This document shows, in pieces, positions 31,387 through 41,272 of a stretch of 64,000 nt of DNA (the stretch's first letter is position 1; each line of letters starts with the position of its first letter). The DNA is taken from positions 186,001-250,000 of the IMG/VR virus record IMGVR_UViG_3300031576_000001, one strand, 5' to 3'. Made by a program: the position numbers and the translations under genes. The notes under the pieces are model-generated. The model had not been told where the DNA came from. It saw only the letters and a program-made list of their open reading frames with translations, and searched no databases.

Positions 31387-33942
31387 ATGACCGTGCCACC
31401 CCCCGTGAACACCGTGCTCCTTGGCGACTGCCTCTCACACCTACGCACCCTGGACAGTGATTCCGTTGACGCTGTAGTGACCGACCCCCCTTACGGGTTG
31501 GGTACCAAGGAACCCACGGGTCAAGAAATTGTAGACTACATACAGGGTAAAGCGCTCGACACAGGCGGCGACTTCATGGGGCGCGAGTGGGCCATACCCT
31601 CTGTGGAAACGTGGAAAGAGGTCTACAGGGTGCTCAAACCAGGGGCACATTGTTTGGTATTTGCTGGGACTAGAGCCTGGGATTTGATGGCTCTCGGGCT
31701 AAGGGTAGCTGGCTTTGAGTTTCGAGACACCATAGCTGATTTGCACCCAGCGCTTGTTTGGCTACAAGGGAGCGGGTTTCCCAAGGGGCTGGACGTGGGA
31801 AAAGCCATTAATAAGAAGAAGGGTGCAGAGAGAGCAGTGGTTGGGATTGATCCCAACCACCGAAGCGTTTCAGGTGTAAGTTATCAGGGAGCTTACGCGG
31901 GTGGAAACACAGGAGCGCCTGTACTCACAGCACCAGCAACACCCGAAGCTAAGCAATGGGATGGCTGGAATGTAGCTCTAAAACCCTCTTGGGAGCCCAT
32001 CCTTGTTTGCCGCAAGCCCCTCTCTGAAAAGACCGTAGCGGCTAACGTCTTGAAGCACGGTACAGGGGCGATTCACATAAACGCCTGCCGTGTAGGTACA
32101 GCTAAAAATGTACCGACCTCCGCGGGTCGGAGCACCCACAGCAACGCTTGGGGAGGTGATAGTCTAAGGCACGAGACAGGCGAAGAGGGTGGGCACAACC
32201 CTAACCTTGGACGCTGGCCACCTAACGCTACCTTTACGCATAGCGAGGAGTGCCAGCCTATCGGTACCAAGAGAGTCAAACTTGTGGGCGCTACGGCACA
32301 CAGAACGGGTCAGGGTAGTGGTGGGACGTTTGTGCCCCAAGGCTCCCCTCATGCAGGCTACAAAGACGACGACGGCACGGAAACAGTAGAGGCGTGGGTT
32401 TGTACTGAGAACTGCCCTGTGTGTTTGCTGGATGCACAGAGCGAGGCTTTGGGTATACACCCTGCGGGCAACACAGCCGTTTCAGAGTGCCACCACAATG
32501 GAAGTGTAGCCTTTGGTAATATAGGGTCGATAGCACACAACCCTAACACCTACAAGGACGAGGGTGGTGCTTCCAGGTTCTTCCCTCAATTTGAGCCGTT
32601 CAAGTACGTTCCTAAAGTACATACCAAGGAACGCACCCAAGATGGCAGGCTGACCAACCCTCACCCTTGTTTGCACCCGGATGCTCTGGTTTTGACGGAG
32701 GATGGGTACAGACAGATTTCTGCGATTGAGGTAGGTAACCGTGTTTACGCTGCTGACGGGCGGTTTCATCTCGTCTCACACACCACCCGCCACACGTACA
32801 CTAAAGAGCATCTTTACAGGATACACGTAAAAGGACTTTCTGACGATACCCTTGTCACCAACAACCACCCATTTCTAGTTTGGCGCCCTACTCGCCAAGG
32901 CGCCAGGGTAGTATCAGGTCAAGTCGCCTGGGTTAGAGCTGAGGATCTTAGGGTGGGGGACTATACCATGACCCCACGATTGGCTGAATCGGTCGAGACC
33001 CCGATTGACCTCCCTACTGATCCTGAGCTTTGGTTTCTGTTCGGTTTGTACCTTGCCGAAGGCAGCCTAGATACGAAGGGTTACCTTGTTTTTTCGCTAC
33101 ACCAAAAAGAAACGTACTTTGTGGATAAAATGAGACAATGTTACGGTGCTAGTACCGTTAGGACGTACCCCTCCAAACAATCACTAAGTATGAACGTGTT
33201 TGTGTTTAGTAAACAAGCTGGTGCCTGTTTCAAGGCTTGGGGGGGCTCTGGGGCTTCTAAAAAAAGGTTGGCTCCTGTCATCTGGAGTTTGCCTCAGCCC
33301 CTTCGACGCATGATATTTCAAGGCTGGATGGCTGGCGACGGTGGGTTGATTCGCAACCACTGGCAAGCAAAAACAGTGTCACCGGACCTGGCTGTACACA
33401 TGATGCTGCTAGGCGAGTCCTGCGGTTACAAGGCGCGGGTCTACCGTTCCATGGGTACAACCAAGGGTATCGGTACCAGGCTCTTCAAGAAAACACTACC
33501 CGTGTACCAACTAGACTTCAGTAAGTCAGATCGACTAGCGGGGCCCGTAGCCGTGAGGTACGAGGATACGGATTACACACTTCGGTATGTGGATAGCGTC
33601 GGTAAGGAATCGTATTGTGGAGAGGTCGTCAACCTCTCCGTTGAGGGTAGCCCTACGTTTATGACTGCCATAGGTATGAGCCATAACACCCTCAAGCCAC
33701 TCGCACTTCTCCGTTGGCTCGTAACGCTCGTGACCCCCCCTAACGGGCTCGTACTGGACCCCTTCTGTGGCTCTGGTACAACGTTGCAAGCGGCTATCGA
33801 GCTAGGCTTCTCTGCCTTGGGTTGCGAGAAAGACCCTGAGTTTCACAAGCTGAGCCAGGACCGCTTGGCACTGGTTCTCCAAGCACAGCAAGACAAAACG
33901 GACGCCCGTAGAGGGTTGTCTATGCTGGACGACATGGAGTAA
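31387..33942 (+). CDS. DNA methyltransferase (N4/N6, beta class) with intein
   Basis: GDCL, VTDPPYG, HP|intein|TLKP, LDPFCGSGTT. Confidence 0.9.
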   Translation: MTVPPPVNTVLLGDCLSHLRTLDSDSVDAVVTDPPYGLGTKEPTGQEIVDYIQGKALDTGGDFMGREWAIPSVETWKEVYRVLKPGAHCLVFAGTRAWDLMALGLRVAGFEFRDTIADLHPALVWLQGSGFPKGLDVGKAINKKKGAERAVVGIDPNHRSVSGVSYQGAYAGGNTGAPVLTAPATPEAKQWDGWNVALKPSWEPILVCRKPLSEKTVAANVLKHGTGAIHINACRVGTAKNVPTSAGRSTHSNAWGGDSLRHETGEEGGHNPNLGRWPPNATFTHSEECQPIGTKRVKLVGATAHRTGQGSGGTFVPQGSPHAGYKDDDGTETVEAWVCTENCPVCLLDAQSEALGIHPAGNTAVSECHHNGSVAFGNIGSIAHNPNTYKDEGGASRFFPQFEPFKYVPKVHTKERTQDGRLTNPHPCLHPDALVLTEDGYRQISAIEVGNRVYAADGRFHLVSHTTRHTYTKEHLYRIHVKGLSDDTLVTNNHPFLVWRPTRQGARVVSGQVAWVRAEDLRVGDYTMTPRLAESVETPIDLPTDPELWFLFGLYLAEGSLDTKGYLVFSLHQKETYFVDKMRQCYGASTVRTYPSKQSLSMNVFVFSKQAGACFKAWGGSGASKKRLAPVIWSLPQPLRRMIFQGWMAGDGGLIRNHWQAKTVSPDLAVHMMLLGESCGYKARVYRSMGTTKGIGTRLFKKTLPVYQLDFSKSDRLAGPVAVRYEDTDYTLRYVDSVGKESYCGEVVNLSVEGSPTFMTAIGMSHNTLKPLALLRWLVTLVTPPNGLVLDPFCGSGTTLQAAIELGFSALGCEKDPEFHKLSQDRLALVLQAQQDKTDARRGLSMLDDME
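32668..33687 (+). mobile_element. Intein in the MTase HPTxKP motif, LAGLIDADG-type endonuclease
   Basis: CLHPDALV...TNNHPF...LFGLYLAEGS...FQGWMAGDGG...MSHN|T. Confidence 0.9.
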
Positions 33943-34230
33943 GTCCCCACGCCACACCTCACGCCAAGAGCCTACGTCCGTGTCACTGAACCCGTAATCC
34001 GAGGGGTCTTTGTGGCGCGGACACCTCACGTCGAGAACACTATCAGCGCCCCCTCTTCCCTTGAGGGGTCTCCCGTAGAGGTGACCATTAAGCCAGCCCT
34101 CGCCTCTAGGTGGCTCCTTGGGTTGGACTACAGCGGTGCCGCAGAGGGAGCACACCCCGGGGCGTCGGTAAGGGTGGTTATGTGTAGGCAAGACACACCC
34201 TGTATCGTACTGGCAGACCCTTGTGGTCAT
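33940..34230 (-). CDS. Small Cys/His hypothetical protein
   Basis: Its in-frame TTA coincides with the TAA of the convergent MTase (standard end 33802). Confidence 0.45.
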
Positions 34231-34540
34231 CCTTGGCTCTCCACTAAGAGGTCATACACAGTAACGGGCCACCCTCGGTCTACAAGCTCTTGCTGCACAA
34301 GGGGCTCGACTCTGAACCACTGCCCGCCCCCGTGGTTTACGATGAGCCTGACTGTTTCGAGCTTCTCGCGGGGACAGCCGGTGGTCGCGGGGCATTACGA
34401 GGTCAAACGGGGCGTGGGGGGCTTTGACGTTCTCATGGGGGGGTCAGGTCGTACCTCTCCGTGACAGGTCAGCCTTTGGCGCTGCCCTGTACCTCGTTGA
34501 GAGGGTACCCCTGGCTATGGCGTCTAGCCCCTGGAATGTT

Positions 34541-34888
34541 TTAGTGGGGGGTGAGTGTGTGGGCTGGCGTGGGTTCCGGCTCGACAAGGATTTCGCAGCC
34601 CTTGAGCAAGGCGCCCCCACCCAAAGCCACGAGGAAGGCAAGGGGCACCCAGAACACCCACGGTTTGCTTTTTGCTTGTGCCCCTACCTGTGTCCCTAGT
34701 CCCCATGCCGGCGAGGTCAAGGAAAGGCGACCCCCCTCTACGTTGATCACGTAAGGGAGGGAGGCAATCTTGAGCCCCTCTACGCTGGCCCCGTTGTCCG
34801 CGACGATACTGATTGTCTCGCCCCCATTCTTGATTTCCACAATGAGCGCGGGGGCAGGGGCTTCTTGGTAGTTTTCGTGCGTAGTCAT
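34541..34888 (-). CDS. Membrane protein
   Basis: ATG with upstream GGTGTA; C-terminal hydrophobic helix WVFWVPLAFLVALGGGALL. Confidence 0.55.
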   Translation of the reverse strand: MTTHENYQEAPAPALIVEIKNGGETISIVADNGASVEGLKIASLPYVINVEGGRLSLTSPAWGLGTQVGAQAKSKPWVFWVPLAFLVALGGGALLKGCEILVEPEPTPAHTLTPH

Positions 34889-35083
34889 GCTTCGTCCGTA
34901 CGCTACACCAATTAAAGGAGCGATGCTGTGCTGTGCCACCACGCGGCAAGGTAGTAACCAACTGTGAACGCGAAGAGGCACCACCCTGACCAGAGGCGCC
35001 AGCGGGACAGCCTCTTTACCTCGCGGGGCTGAAGGGACCACCCTTGGGTGTCTTGGTCCATGCCGGTGTAGGCAGAACAAGAC

Positions 35084-35926
35084 ATGCCCCCTCCCCCCTC
35101 AGAGAACCTACGCAGTGGTCAACGTGAGCGGTTGCCCTACAGCCTCTCACGCTACACGGACATTCCAGCCTCACTGGACAAGTGGCAGTGGTGGTGTAAC
35201 GCCTTGCACCAGGGCTACATGCAAGGCTTTGACCCAAGGACCGCTACGCCCTCTTGGTGGTCCCTGGCGCCGGAGGACACACTGTCCCTGGAGTTCTGGA
35301 CCAAGAACCCGGAGCGGCTCATTCAGACCGAAGAGTCTCTACGCCCTTACTCTTCTCTGCACGTCCACGTTACCCTTACCGGGTGGGCTGAGGTTGAGCA
35401 TGGCGCCCCTTGCCTAGAGGAGGGCATCGCTTTGCTCAGGCGCACGATAGCTACCTTTGGGGAGTGTGCCGTGTCGTGGCGGTTCTCGCCCGTCCCCCTC
35501 TTGGAAGAGGGGGTGGTCACCGAGCGTTTTGCCCAGATCCTTGACGGTTTGATGCCCCATGTGCCACGGGTGGTCTACGTGGGTTTCCTGCAAGAGAACC
35601 TCTCTACGCTCAAGGAAACCCGCACCGTCGAGGAGCGCGCTCGTTTGCTGTGGGGGCTAGCTAGGCTAGGTCGGGTAGCGGGGTGCAAGGTGCTGGTTTG
35701 CAGCGACCTGGCTACGTGGACACCCCTGCTCAACCCCCACCCCAACCTGACCCACGGGGTTTGCGTCCCCACTACGCGCTACCCTTTCTCTGTGGAAACC
35801 GAGGAGTGTGGGTGTGCTTTGATGGCGGACCCTTTCACAATGAATGAAAGTTGCCAGCTAGCTTGTGTATTTTGTTACGTAGTTACAACCCGCAAACACA
35901 ACACAACGAGGCTCCCCCTCCTATGA
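35084..35926 (+). CDS. DUF1848-like (radical SAM-related) protein
   Basis: SLSRYTDIPA, FWTKNP, WRFSP, CGC and CxxxCxxCY. Confidence 0.7.
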   Translation: MPPPPSENLRSGQRERLPYSLSRYTDIPASLDKWQWWCNALHQGYMQGFDPRTATPSWWSLAPEDTLSLEFWTKNPERLIQTEESLRPYSSLHVHVTLTGWAEVEHGAPCLEEGIALLRRTIATFGECAVSWRFSPVPLLEEGVVTERFAQILDGLMPHVPRVVYVGFLQENLSTLKETRTVEERARLLWGLARLGRVAGCKVLVCSDLATWTPLLNPHPNLTHGVCVPTTRYPFSVETEECGCALMADPFTMNESCQLACVFCYVVTTRKHNTTRLPLL

Positions 35927-36210
35927 ATCCCTTTCAGCCCCTCGCCCACCCCGAAGAAGACTCCCCCGACCTCTACGAAGAGGAAGTAGCTGGCGCTATC
36001 CATCGGTCACCCGTAGCGGACGACATGGTAGCCTGCCCCGTCTGTGAGACGCGCCACCAGAAGACAAACCATCGCTTGCTCACCAAAGAGGGTAGGCACT
36101 TCTGGCGCATAACGTGGGCGTGCTGCCCTAGCGCCAGGAAGACCTTCGTTTACAACACGACGCCCCCTAACAAGCCAGGCAGAACACCTCTTAGTTGTCC
36201 CCCGGCGTAA
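35923..36210 (+). CDS. Small Zn-ribbon protein
   Basis: ATGA-coupled start; CPVC. Confidence 0.45.
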   Translation: MNPFQPLAHPEEDSPDLYEEEVAGAIHRSPVADDMVACPVCETRHQKTNHRLLTKEGRHFWRITWACCPSARKTFVYNTTPPNKPGRTPLSCPPA

Positions 36211-36214
36211 GAAC

Positions 36215-36562
36215 ATGACGTGCCCCGCCGTAGATCCTTGCGCTCCCTCGACCCGGTGTGACCGCGATACCGCTAACAATGTGTGGGTCGAGCACGGGGT
36301 CGGACCCGGAGACTGCCTGACCCCCGGCGTTTGCCTCTTGGACAGCATGAATGATTGCGACATCATTTACGTCCTGGAACGCAATGAGCGCGCCCGCGCA
36401 GACCTCCTACGGGTCACCTCAGACCCTCACCTGATTGACCTGGCAAACCAAGTGCAGAGACTACCTCTTGGCGAAGAGGAGGACGCCTTGATGAATATGC
36501 TCAATAATGAACCCCTGCCCCTCTACACGCACTTTCACGGACAACCCCCATGGAACCAGTAA
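36215..36562 (+). CDS. Hypothetical protein
   Basis: ORF within the operon. Confidence 0.45.
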   Translation: MTCPAVDPCAPSTRCDRDTANNVWVEHGVGPGDCLTPGVCLLDSMNDCDIIYVLERNERARADLLRVTSDPHLIDLANQVQRLPLGEEEDALMNMLNNEPLPLYTHFHGQPPWNQ

Positions 36563-36759
36563 TCAAGCTGCCCCGTTCGCCCCGCGAGTGGGACGCTCTA
36601 GCCAGGAAAGCCATTGCCAGAGCCACCCTCCTAGACGACCGCAGGCTGCACGGACTAAAGGCTGCCATCGTAGCCGGGAAGACCGCAGAGCACCTACGCA
36701 AGATGAGCATTGTGAGCGAGGCTGACGTACTGAGAGAGTTCCCTAGCAAGGCTACCTGA
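36550..36759 (+). CDS. Hypothetical protein
   Basis: Short ORF within the operon. Confidence 0.4.
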   Translation: MEPVIKLPRSPREWDALARKAIARATLLDDRRLHGLKAAIVAGKTAEHLRKMSIVSEADVLREFPSKAT

Positions 36760-36935
36760 CAGTCCCTCCCTGCGCGACTTCTACTCAGGAGTTGCGCCTC
36801 ACTGTCGAATGGGTTAGAGTTACAAAGTTCTTGCAGGCTTGAGGTCCGAAAGGAAAACGGTGGGAACCCCCACTTAGCTCGCCGGAGAAGTTCTCAAACT
36901 CGCACCCCTCTCTTTGGGTGTGCGTGGAGGGTCTC

Positions 36936-37235
36936 ATGTACGGCGACTGTATGAAATGGTGCCCTGTCTGCGACAAGTACTACGAGGACTTGTCCCCTCG
37001 CAGTTACTCGCGTGCCCCCGAGTGTCCTGTATGCCCTAAGAAGTCCACCAATGCTCAAACCCCGCGCACGTCGCGGTGCAATTGGCATGGTGGGTCGGGA
37101 CCGAAGAGTGACGAGTGCCCCGACTGCGTGGAGTTTGAGCGTTGGCGGGACGAGAAGATCCGGGAGGAGCGCAGGAACCCCCCGGAGCGCCCCCCGTACA
37201 GCGAGGAGCAGGACAGGCAATGGTGGCGGTGGTAA
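36936..37235 (+). CDS. Cys-rich Zn-finger protein
   Basis: GGAGG before the ATG; three CPxC motifs. Confidence 0.5.
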   Translation: MYGDCMKWCPVCDKYYEDLSPRSYSRAPECPVCPKKSTNAQTPRTSRCNWHGGSGPKSDECPDCVEFERWRDEKIREERRNPPERPPYSEEQDRQWWRW

Positions 37236-37314
37236 GTGTGCGCGTTTGAGGTACGCACAGGGAAACCCCGTAGGACGCACAGGCCCTTTGACTACACGCT
37301 AGGGTTGGGGTGCT

Positions 37315-37364
37315 TAGTCTTAGGTGGTGTGAAGCACAGGAGCCTCCAAGCCCACCTAAGACTA
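37315..37364. repeat. 13-bp perfect inverted repeat (hairpin)
   Basis: TAGTCTTAGGTGG 37315-37327 pairs with CCACCTAAGACTA 37352-37364. Confidence 0.8.
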
Positions 37365-37375
37365 GACACCTCAGT

Positions 37376-37431
37376 CTGTCATGACAGGCGCATTTTCTTA
37401 CCTTGACAGTATTCCGGGGCTGGTGTACGCT
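37376..37431 (+). promoter_or_regulatory. Sigma70-type promoter with upstream palindrome
   Basis: CTGTCATGACAG palindrome 37376-37387; TTGACA 37403-37408, 17-nt spacer, TACGCT 37426-37431. Confidence 0.7.
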
Positions 37432-37445
37432 GGCACCCAGACCCG

Positions 37446-38069
37446 ATGAATACAATACAAGTAAAGAAAGCCCTACAAAAGGGCGTCGAGCAAGCCAAGC
37501 AAGACCTTCAACGGTGGGAGGAGAGCGTAGCGGCTTTCGAGAAGATCGAGCGCACCTTCTCGAACACCCCAGCGAAGAAGACGCCCCGTAAGCCCGCGAA
37601 ACCCGCGAAGCGCAAGCCGGCGGCGTACCGGACGGCTCGCAACACGAAGATCAAGACGACAACGCCTCGTCAGCACACGCGCAAGCCCGCGCCCTCTACC
37701 GCCCTGACCCAGGCGAGCAAAGGCAAGGGGGGGCGTAAGCCTCGTCAAGAGACGGTCGAGTTGGTGGACGCTATCCGTGGCACCCTGGGTAGCCAGTCGA
37801 TGAACTGCAAAGAGGTTTTCGACGCTCTCAAGGCAGGCGGGCGCAAGATCAACAGCAATGACCCTTCGGGCTTCATTCGCTACTTGCTCTCGACCAACAA
37901 GGCGTTCACTCAGGACGCCAGCAAGGGTCGGGGGTACTACAAGACCAGCACCCCCGGGGTGGTACCTGCGCAGGCGAGCACGGCGAGCACAGCCAAGCCA
38001 ACCGCGAGGAAGAAGCTGAGCAACGGGCTCAACCACCCCACGGTGGGCGCCGCGAACCCCTTCTCCTGA
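37446..38069 (+). CDS. Basic DNA-binding protein (Lys/Arg-rich with wHTH-like domain)
   Basis: Coiled-coil N-terminus, histone-like KxP repeats, LVDAIRGTL...GRGYY winged helix. Confidence 0.6.
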   Translation: MNTIQVKKALQKGVEQAKQDLQRWEESVAAFEKIERTFSNTPAKKTPRKPAKPAKRKPAAYRTARNTKIKTTTPRQHTRKPAPSTALTQASKGKGGRKPRQETVELVDAIRGTLGSQSMNCKEVFDALKAGGRKINSNDPSGFIRYLLSTNKAFTQDASKGRGYYKTSTPGVVPAQASTASTAKPTARKKLSNGLNHPTVGAANPFS

Positions 38070-38142
38070 AACGCACCCTCCTCCCCTGACCTGGCCCCGA
38101 GTGTACAACCTCTCGGGGCTTCGGTGTTTAATAGCCCTGACC

Positions 38143-38664
38143 ATGCCCAACTTGCGAGACGAGCAACACCGAAAGATAGGGTGGGTCGTGATCCTCCCTG
38201 ACGGGGCTTACGGGGAGGTAGTCTCCTGGGACAGGACTCTCCGGCTCGCCAAGGTGAAGACCCTCTCTGGGGTAACGGAGCACCCAGAGGAGGATTGCGT
38301 GACCTACGCTTACCCAGCGGAGGAGTACGCTGCTCTCAGCCTGCCCCCGGTAGCTACCGCCAAGAGGGGTACGGTGGTGAATGTCGAGGTACGGCGGTCG
38401 CCCCGGGTGGGCGTGGTTCAGCGTGACACACTCGCGCCTTACCAGGGGTGGGTCTATCGTGCGCCCCGAGGGTTGTACCTTCACCCCAACGTGAGGGTGC
38501 GTTTTGGTGAGACAGTGTGCGTGGTGTGGACCGATGGTTCGCTCACGTCCATGCTGGTACCCAAGAATTACGGAACTGTGGCGAGCAAGCGAGCGCTACG
38601 CGAGACAGCGGAAGCTACTGCCAGGAACGCCTCTTGGTGGGACGACAAGAAAGGTGAGTTTTAG
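38143..38664 (+). CDS. Hypothetical protein
   Basis: ATG 38143; an in-frame TTA lies just upstream of this start. Confidence 0.55.
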   Translation: MPNLRDEQHRKIGWVVILPDGAYGEVVSWDRTLRLAKVKTLSGVTEHPEEDCVTYAYPAEEYAALSLPPVATAKRGTVVNVEVRRSPRVGVVQRDTLAPYQGWVYRAPRGLYLHPNVRVRFGETVCVVWTDGSLTSMLVPKNYGTVASKRALRETAEATARNASWWDDKKGEF

Positions 38665-39551
38665 TGCAACCACAAGCCAAGGTCATCCTCGATAGCGTCA
38701 CTCCGGGGGGTTATCGCCTCACCACGTTGGAGGTCACCTACCACCGATTCGTGCTCGCAGAATTGAATACCCACAGAACCCTGTCGCGTAACTCGGGTAG
38801 CTCGCGGGCTATCCCTCTCAGTAAGACGCTGGACTTTGTGCGTAACAACACGGCGTTGCCGGTTCACTGGGGTAAGAACCAGAAGGGGATGGTAGCCGAA
38901 GAGGAGATTAGCCCAGAGGATCAACGCCAGGCGGCTACCGTGTGGATGCGAACCATGAGCGCGGCGGCTAGTGGGTCAGAACAGCTAGCGGCTCTTGGGG
39001 TACACAAGCAGCTAACTAACCGACTCATCGAGCCCTACTCCTGGCAACGCAGCATTTTCACGGCGACCGAGTGGGATAACTTCCTGGGGCTACGGGTGGA
39101 CAAGGACGCTCAGCCCGAGTTTTACGCTCTGGCGCTAGCTATACAGCAAGCCCTGGTTACCAGCACCCCTACGCTTCTCTCAGAAGGTCAGTGGCACCTT
39201 CCCTACGTGGACGGAGCTACCCGCGCCGCCTTCTCTGAGGCGGACTGCATCAAGGTCAGCGCCGGACGGTGCGCCAAGGTCTCGTACCTCACCCACGAGA
39301 CCAGTGCCGACCCTTGCGATGACATCGACCGGTGCAACCGTATTCTTGAGGCTGGACACTTCTCGCCCGCCGAGCACCAAGCCATGAGCTTGACCAAAGA
39401 GGGTTGGGTAGAGTACGCCACCGAAGCGTTCTGCCGGTTTCTCTCTGACCGTATACCGCTGGGTAACCTGCAAGGGTGGGTTCAGTACCGCAAGCTACTC
39501 ACGGACGAGCACGACTTCTCACGGGTCAAAGCCAAGAGGCGGGTTGGCTTA
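38664..39551 (+). CDS. thyX: FAD-dependent thymidylate synthase
   Basis: RFVLAELNTHRTLSRNSGSSRAIP, HKQLTNR, AQPEF, HFSPAEH. Ends at TTA 39549-39551. Confidence 0.85.
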
Positions 39552-40136
39552 GTGCCTGTATCCTTGCCCCTCTTGGAACGTGAGGAAGCCCGGCTCGTCG
39601 CCAGCCGGAGCTTGCTTGGTAAGCCTAGCCCGGGTGTGTCGTGTCGCCGGGGGTGCTCCTCTTGCTGCTACCGCCCCGTGTACGCCACCGTCCTAGAGGG
39701 CGCCGCCGTGTACCGCTCTCTTAAAAGGAGGGGCATGGGTGACCTTGTACCCCCCCTCAAAGCCCACGGGGAGAACCTACGTAGCCAAGACCCCCTAGTA
39801 TGGTTCTTGTCGCGGCAATCCTGTCCCCTCCTCACGAGCACCCGGGAGTGCTCTGTGTACGACGGGCGCCCCATGGCGTGCCGCGCACATGAGGTCACTT
39901 CTGACCCGTACCTGTGTGACCCGCACCAGCTATCAAAAGGATTGTCTGTTGTTGACCGAGAGGCGGATCTACAGGGGTTTGCCAAGCAGGCGCGCAGCGG
40001 GGAGCTAAGGCTAGGATGGCGTCTACCCACGCTCCCTCTTGGGTTGGCGGTCTGGCTAGCCGGCGAGGTTATCGAGGGTCGTGTCCCTACGGAAGAGGTG
40101 CCCCAGAGGGTGTTCCTCTTGCTGGCTAGGGGCTGA
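39552..40136 (+). CDS. YkgJ/FliB-like Cys-cluster protein
   Basis: CRRGCSSCC...CPLL....CSVYDGRPMACR; GTG immediately after the TTA. Confidence 0.75.
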   Translation: MPVSLPLLEREEARLVASRSLLGKPSPGVSCRRGCSSCCYRPVYATVLEGAAVYRSLKRRGMGDLVPPLKAHGENLRSQDPLVWFLSRQSCPLLTSTRECSVYDGRPMACRAHEVTSDPYLCDPHQLSKGLSVVDREADLQGFAKQARSGELRLGWRLPTLPLGLAVWLAGEVIEGRVPTEEVPQRVFLLLARG

Positions 40137-40261
40137 GGGTTGGGTGGTGTCCTGATTAGGGCAATTTGGCTCAAACTCGGGTGCCACTAAGGGTTGTCCC
40201 TGACCGGGGTGTTGCGCGTGGTGTGCAACACGGTGCAATCAGGCAACACGTAGGTAAAGCT

Positions 40262-40588
40262 ATGGCAAAGTGTGCTGTGTGCGAGCGTAACTGGGAAAAG
40301 GGGGTCACCTTGACCCTCTCCGAAGCAGAGCGAGCCGTCTTCCGAAAAGTGGGACTCGACCCGGTAACCACGCTCTTCTACTGCAACCCGTGTTACCGCC
40401 TCCTCTCAGAGAACCAAGCGCAAGCGGCGTCCTTCATGAAGGGGGTCTATCAGGTGGGGGCGCGGGCTCAGGGCGTAGCTCCGGCGTTGGTAGCCCAGAG
40501 GGGAGACGCCTTGTACACCAAGCTACTCCCCGGCGCTGCTTTGCCAGGCGGGCTCCGTGGGCGCAAAGACAAGCTCAAACCAAGCTAG
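40262..40588 (+). CDS. Zn-finger protein
   Basis: CAVC...YCNPC. Confidence 0.5.
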   Translation: MAKCAVCERNWEKGVTLTLSEAERAVFRKVGLDPVTTLFYCNPCYRLLSENQAQAASFMKGVYQVGARAQGVAPALVAQRGDALYTKLLPGAALPGGLRGRKDKLKPS

Positions 40589-40708
40589 CCCCAGGATGAG
40601 CGCAAAGAGCGCCAAGATTCGCAAAGCGCCGTAAGCCTTCCGGGTAAAGCGTCGCATCTTGCTCGGCATGGTGTAGGGTACACCACGCTTTCTGACACGG
40701 CGCCACCC

Positions 40709-41251
40709 ATGAGAAAGATCCTGTTTCTTGACATAGACGGCGTGGTCAACAGCCACGCTTACAGGAAAGAGCCCAAGCACTCCAGGGGTGCCTACGGAAC
40801 GATGTGCTCCTGCGGTGAGATTGACCCCCTCTTGGTGGAGAAGCTGAACGCCATCCTACAGGGGCACCCTGACACGGAGGTTGTGCTGTCGTCAGCGTGG
40901 AGGTACGACGAGACCCCCCCGAGCATGACCATGACGTTGCAGCACCGGGGGTTTCGGTACGTGGTCACGGACAGCACCCCCAGAACCTCGGACGAGCGCC
41001 TGACCGAGATTGCCCTGTGGTGGGCAACGCCTTTCTACCCAAGCGAACCTGTTGCCTTCGTGGTGTTGGACGACTTGATACCCACGGTAGACGCCCCGTG
41101 GTGTGTCTGTACGAGTGCCTGGGTAGGGCTCACGGACGAGGATGTGGTGAAAGCCAAAGCCGCCCTGGGTACGCCCGTGACTCAAGAGGACTGGGCGCTG
41201 TTTATTGCCGCTGCCTTCCCTGAGAAGGATGAGGAAGACCCTGATGCGTAA
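40709..41251 (+). CDS. HAD-superfamily protein (Swiss Army Knife RNA-repair-like HAD)
   Basis: ILFLDIDGV, VLSSAWR, FVVLDD, GLT. Confidence 0.8.
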   Translation: MRKILFLDIDGVVNSHAYRKEPKHSRGAYGTMCSCGEIDPLLVEKLNAILQGHPDTEVVLSSAWRYDETPPSMTMTLQHRGFRYVVTDSTPRTSDERLTEIALWWATPFYPSEPVAFVVLDDLIPTVDAPWCVCTSAWVGLTDEDVVKAKAALGTPVTQEDWALFIAAAFPEKDEEDPDA

Positions 41252-41272
41252 GCCGGAAATAAGGAGAGATCC

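Noticed and set aside
38664-40136. Novel ThyX-YkgJ fusion protein (490 aa)
   Set aside because: An in-frame TTA followed directly by GTG sits at the domain boundary; two genes explain it better.
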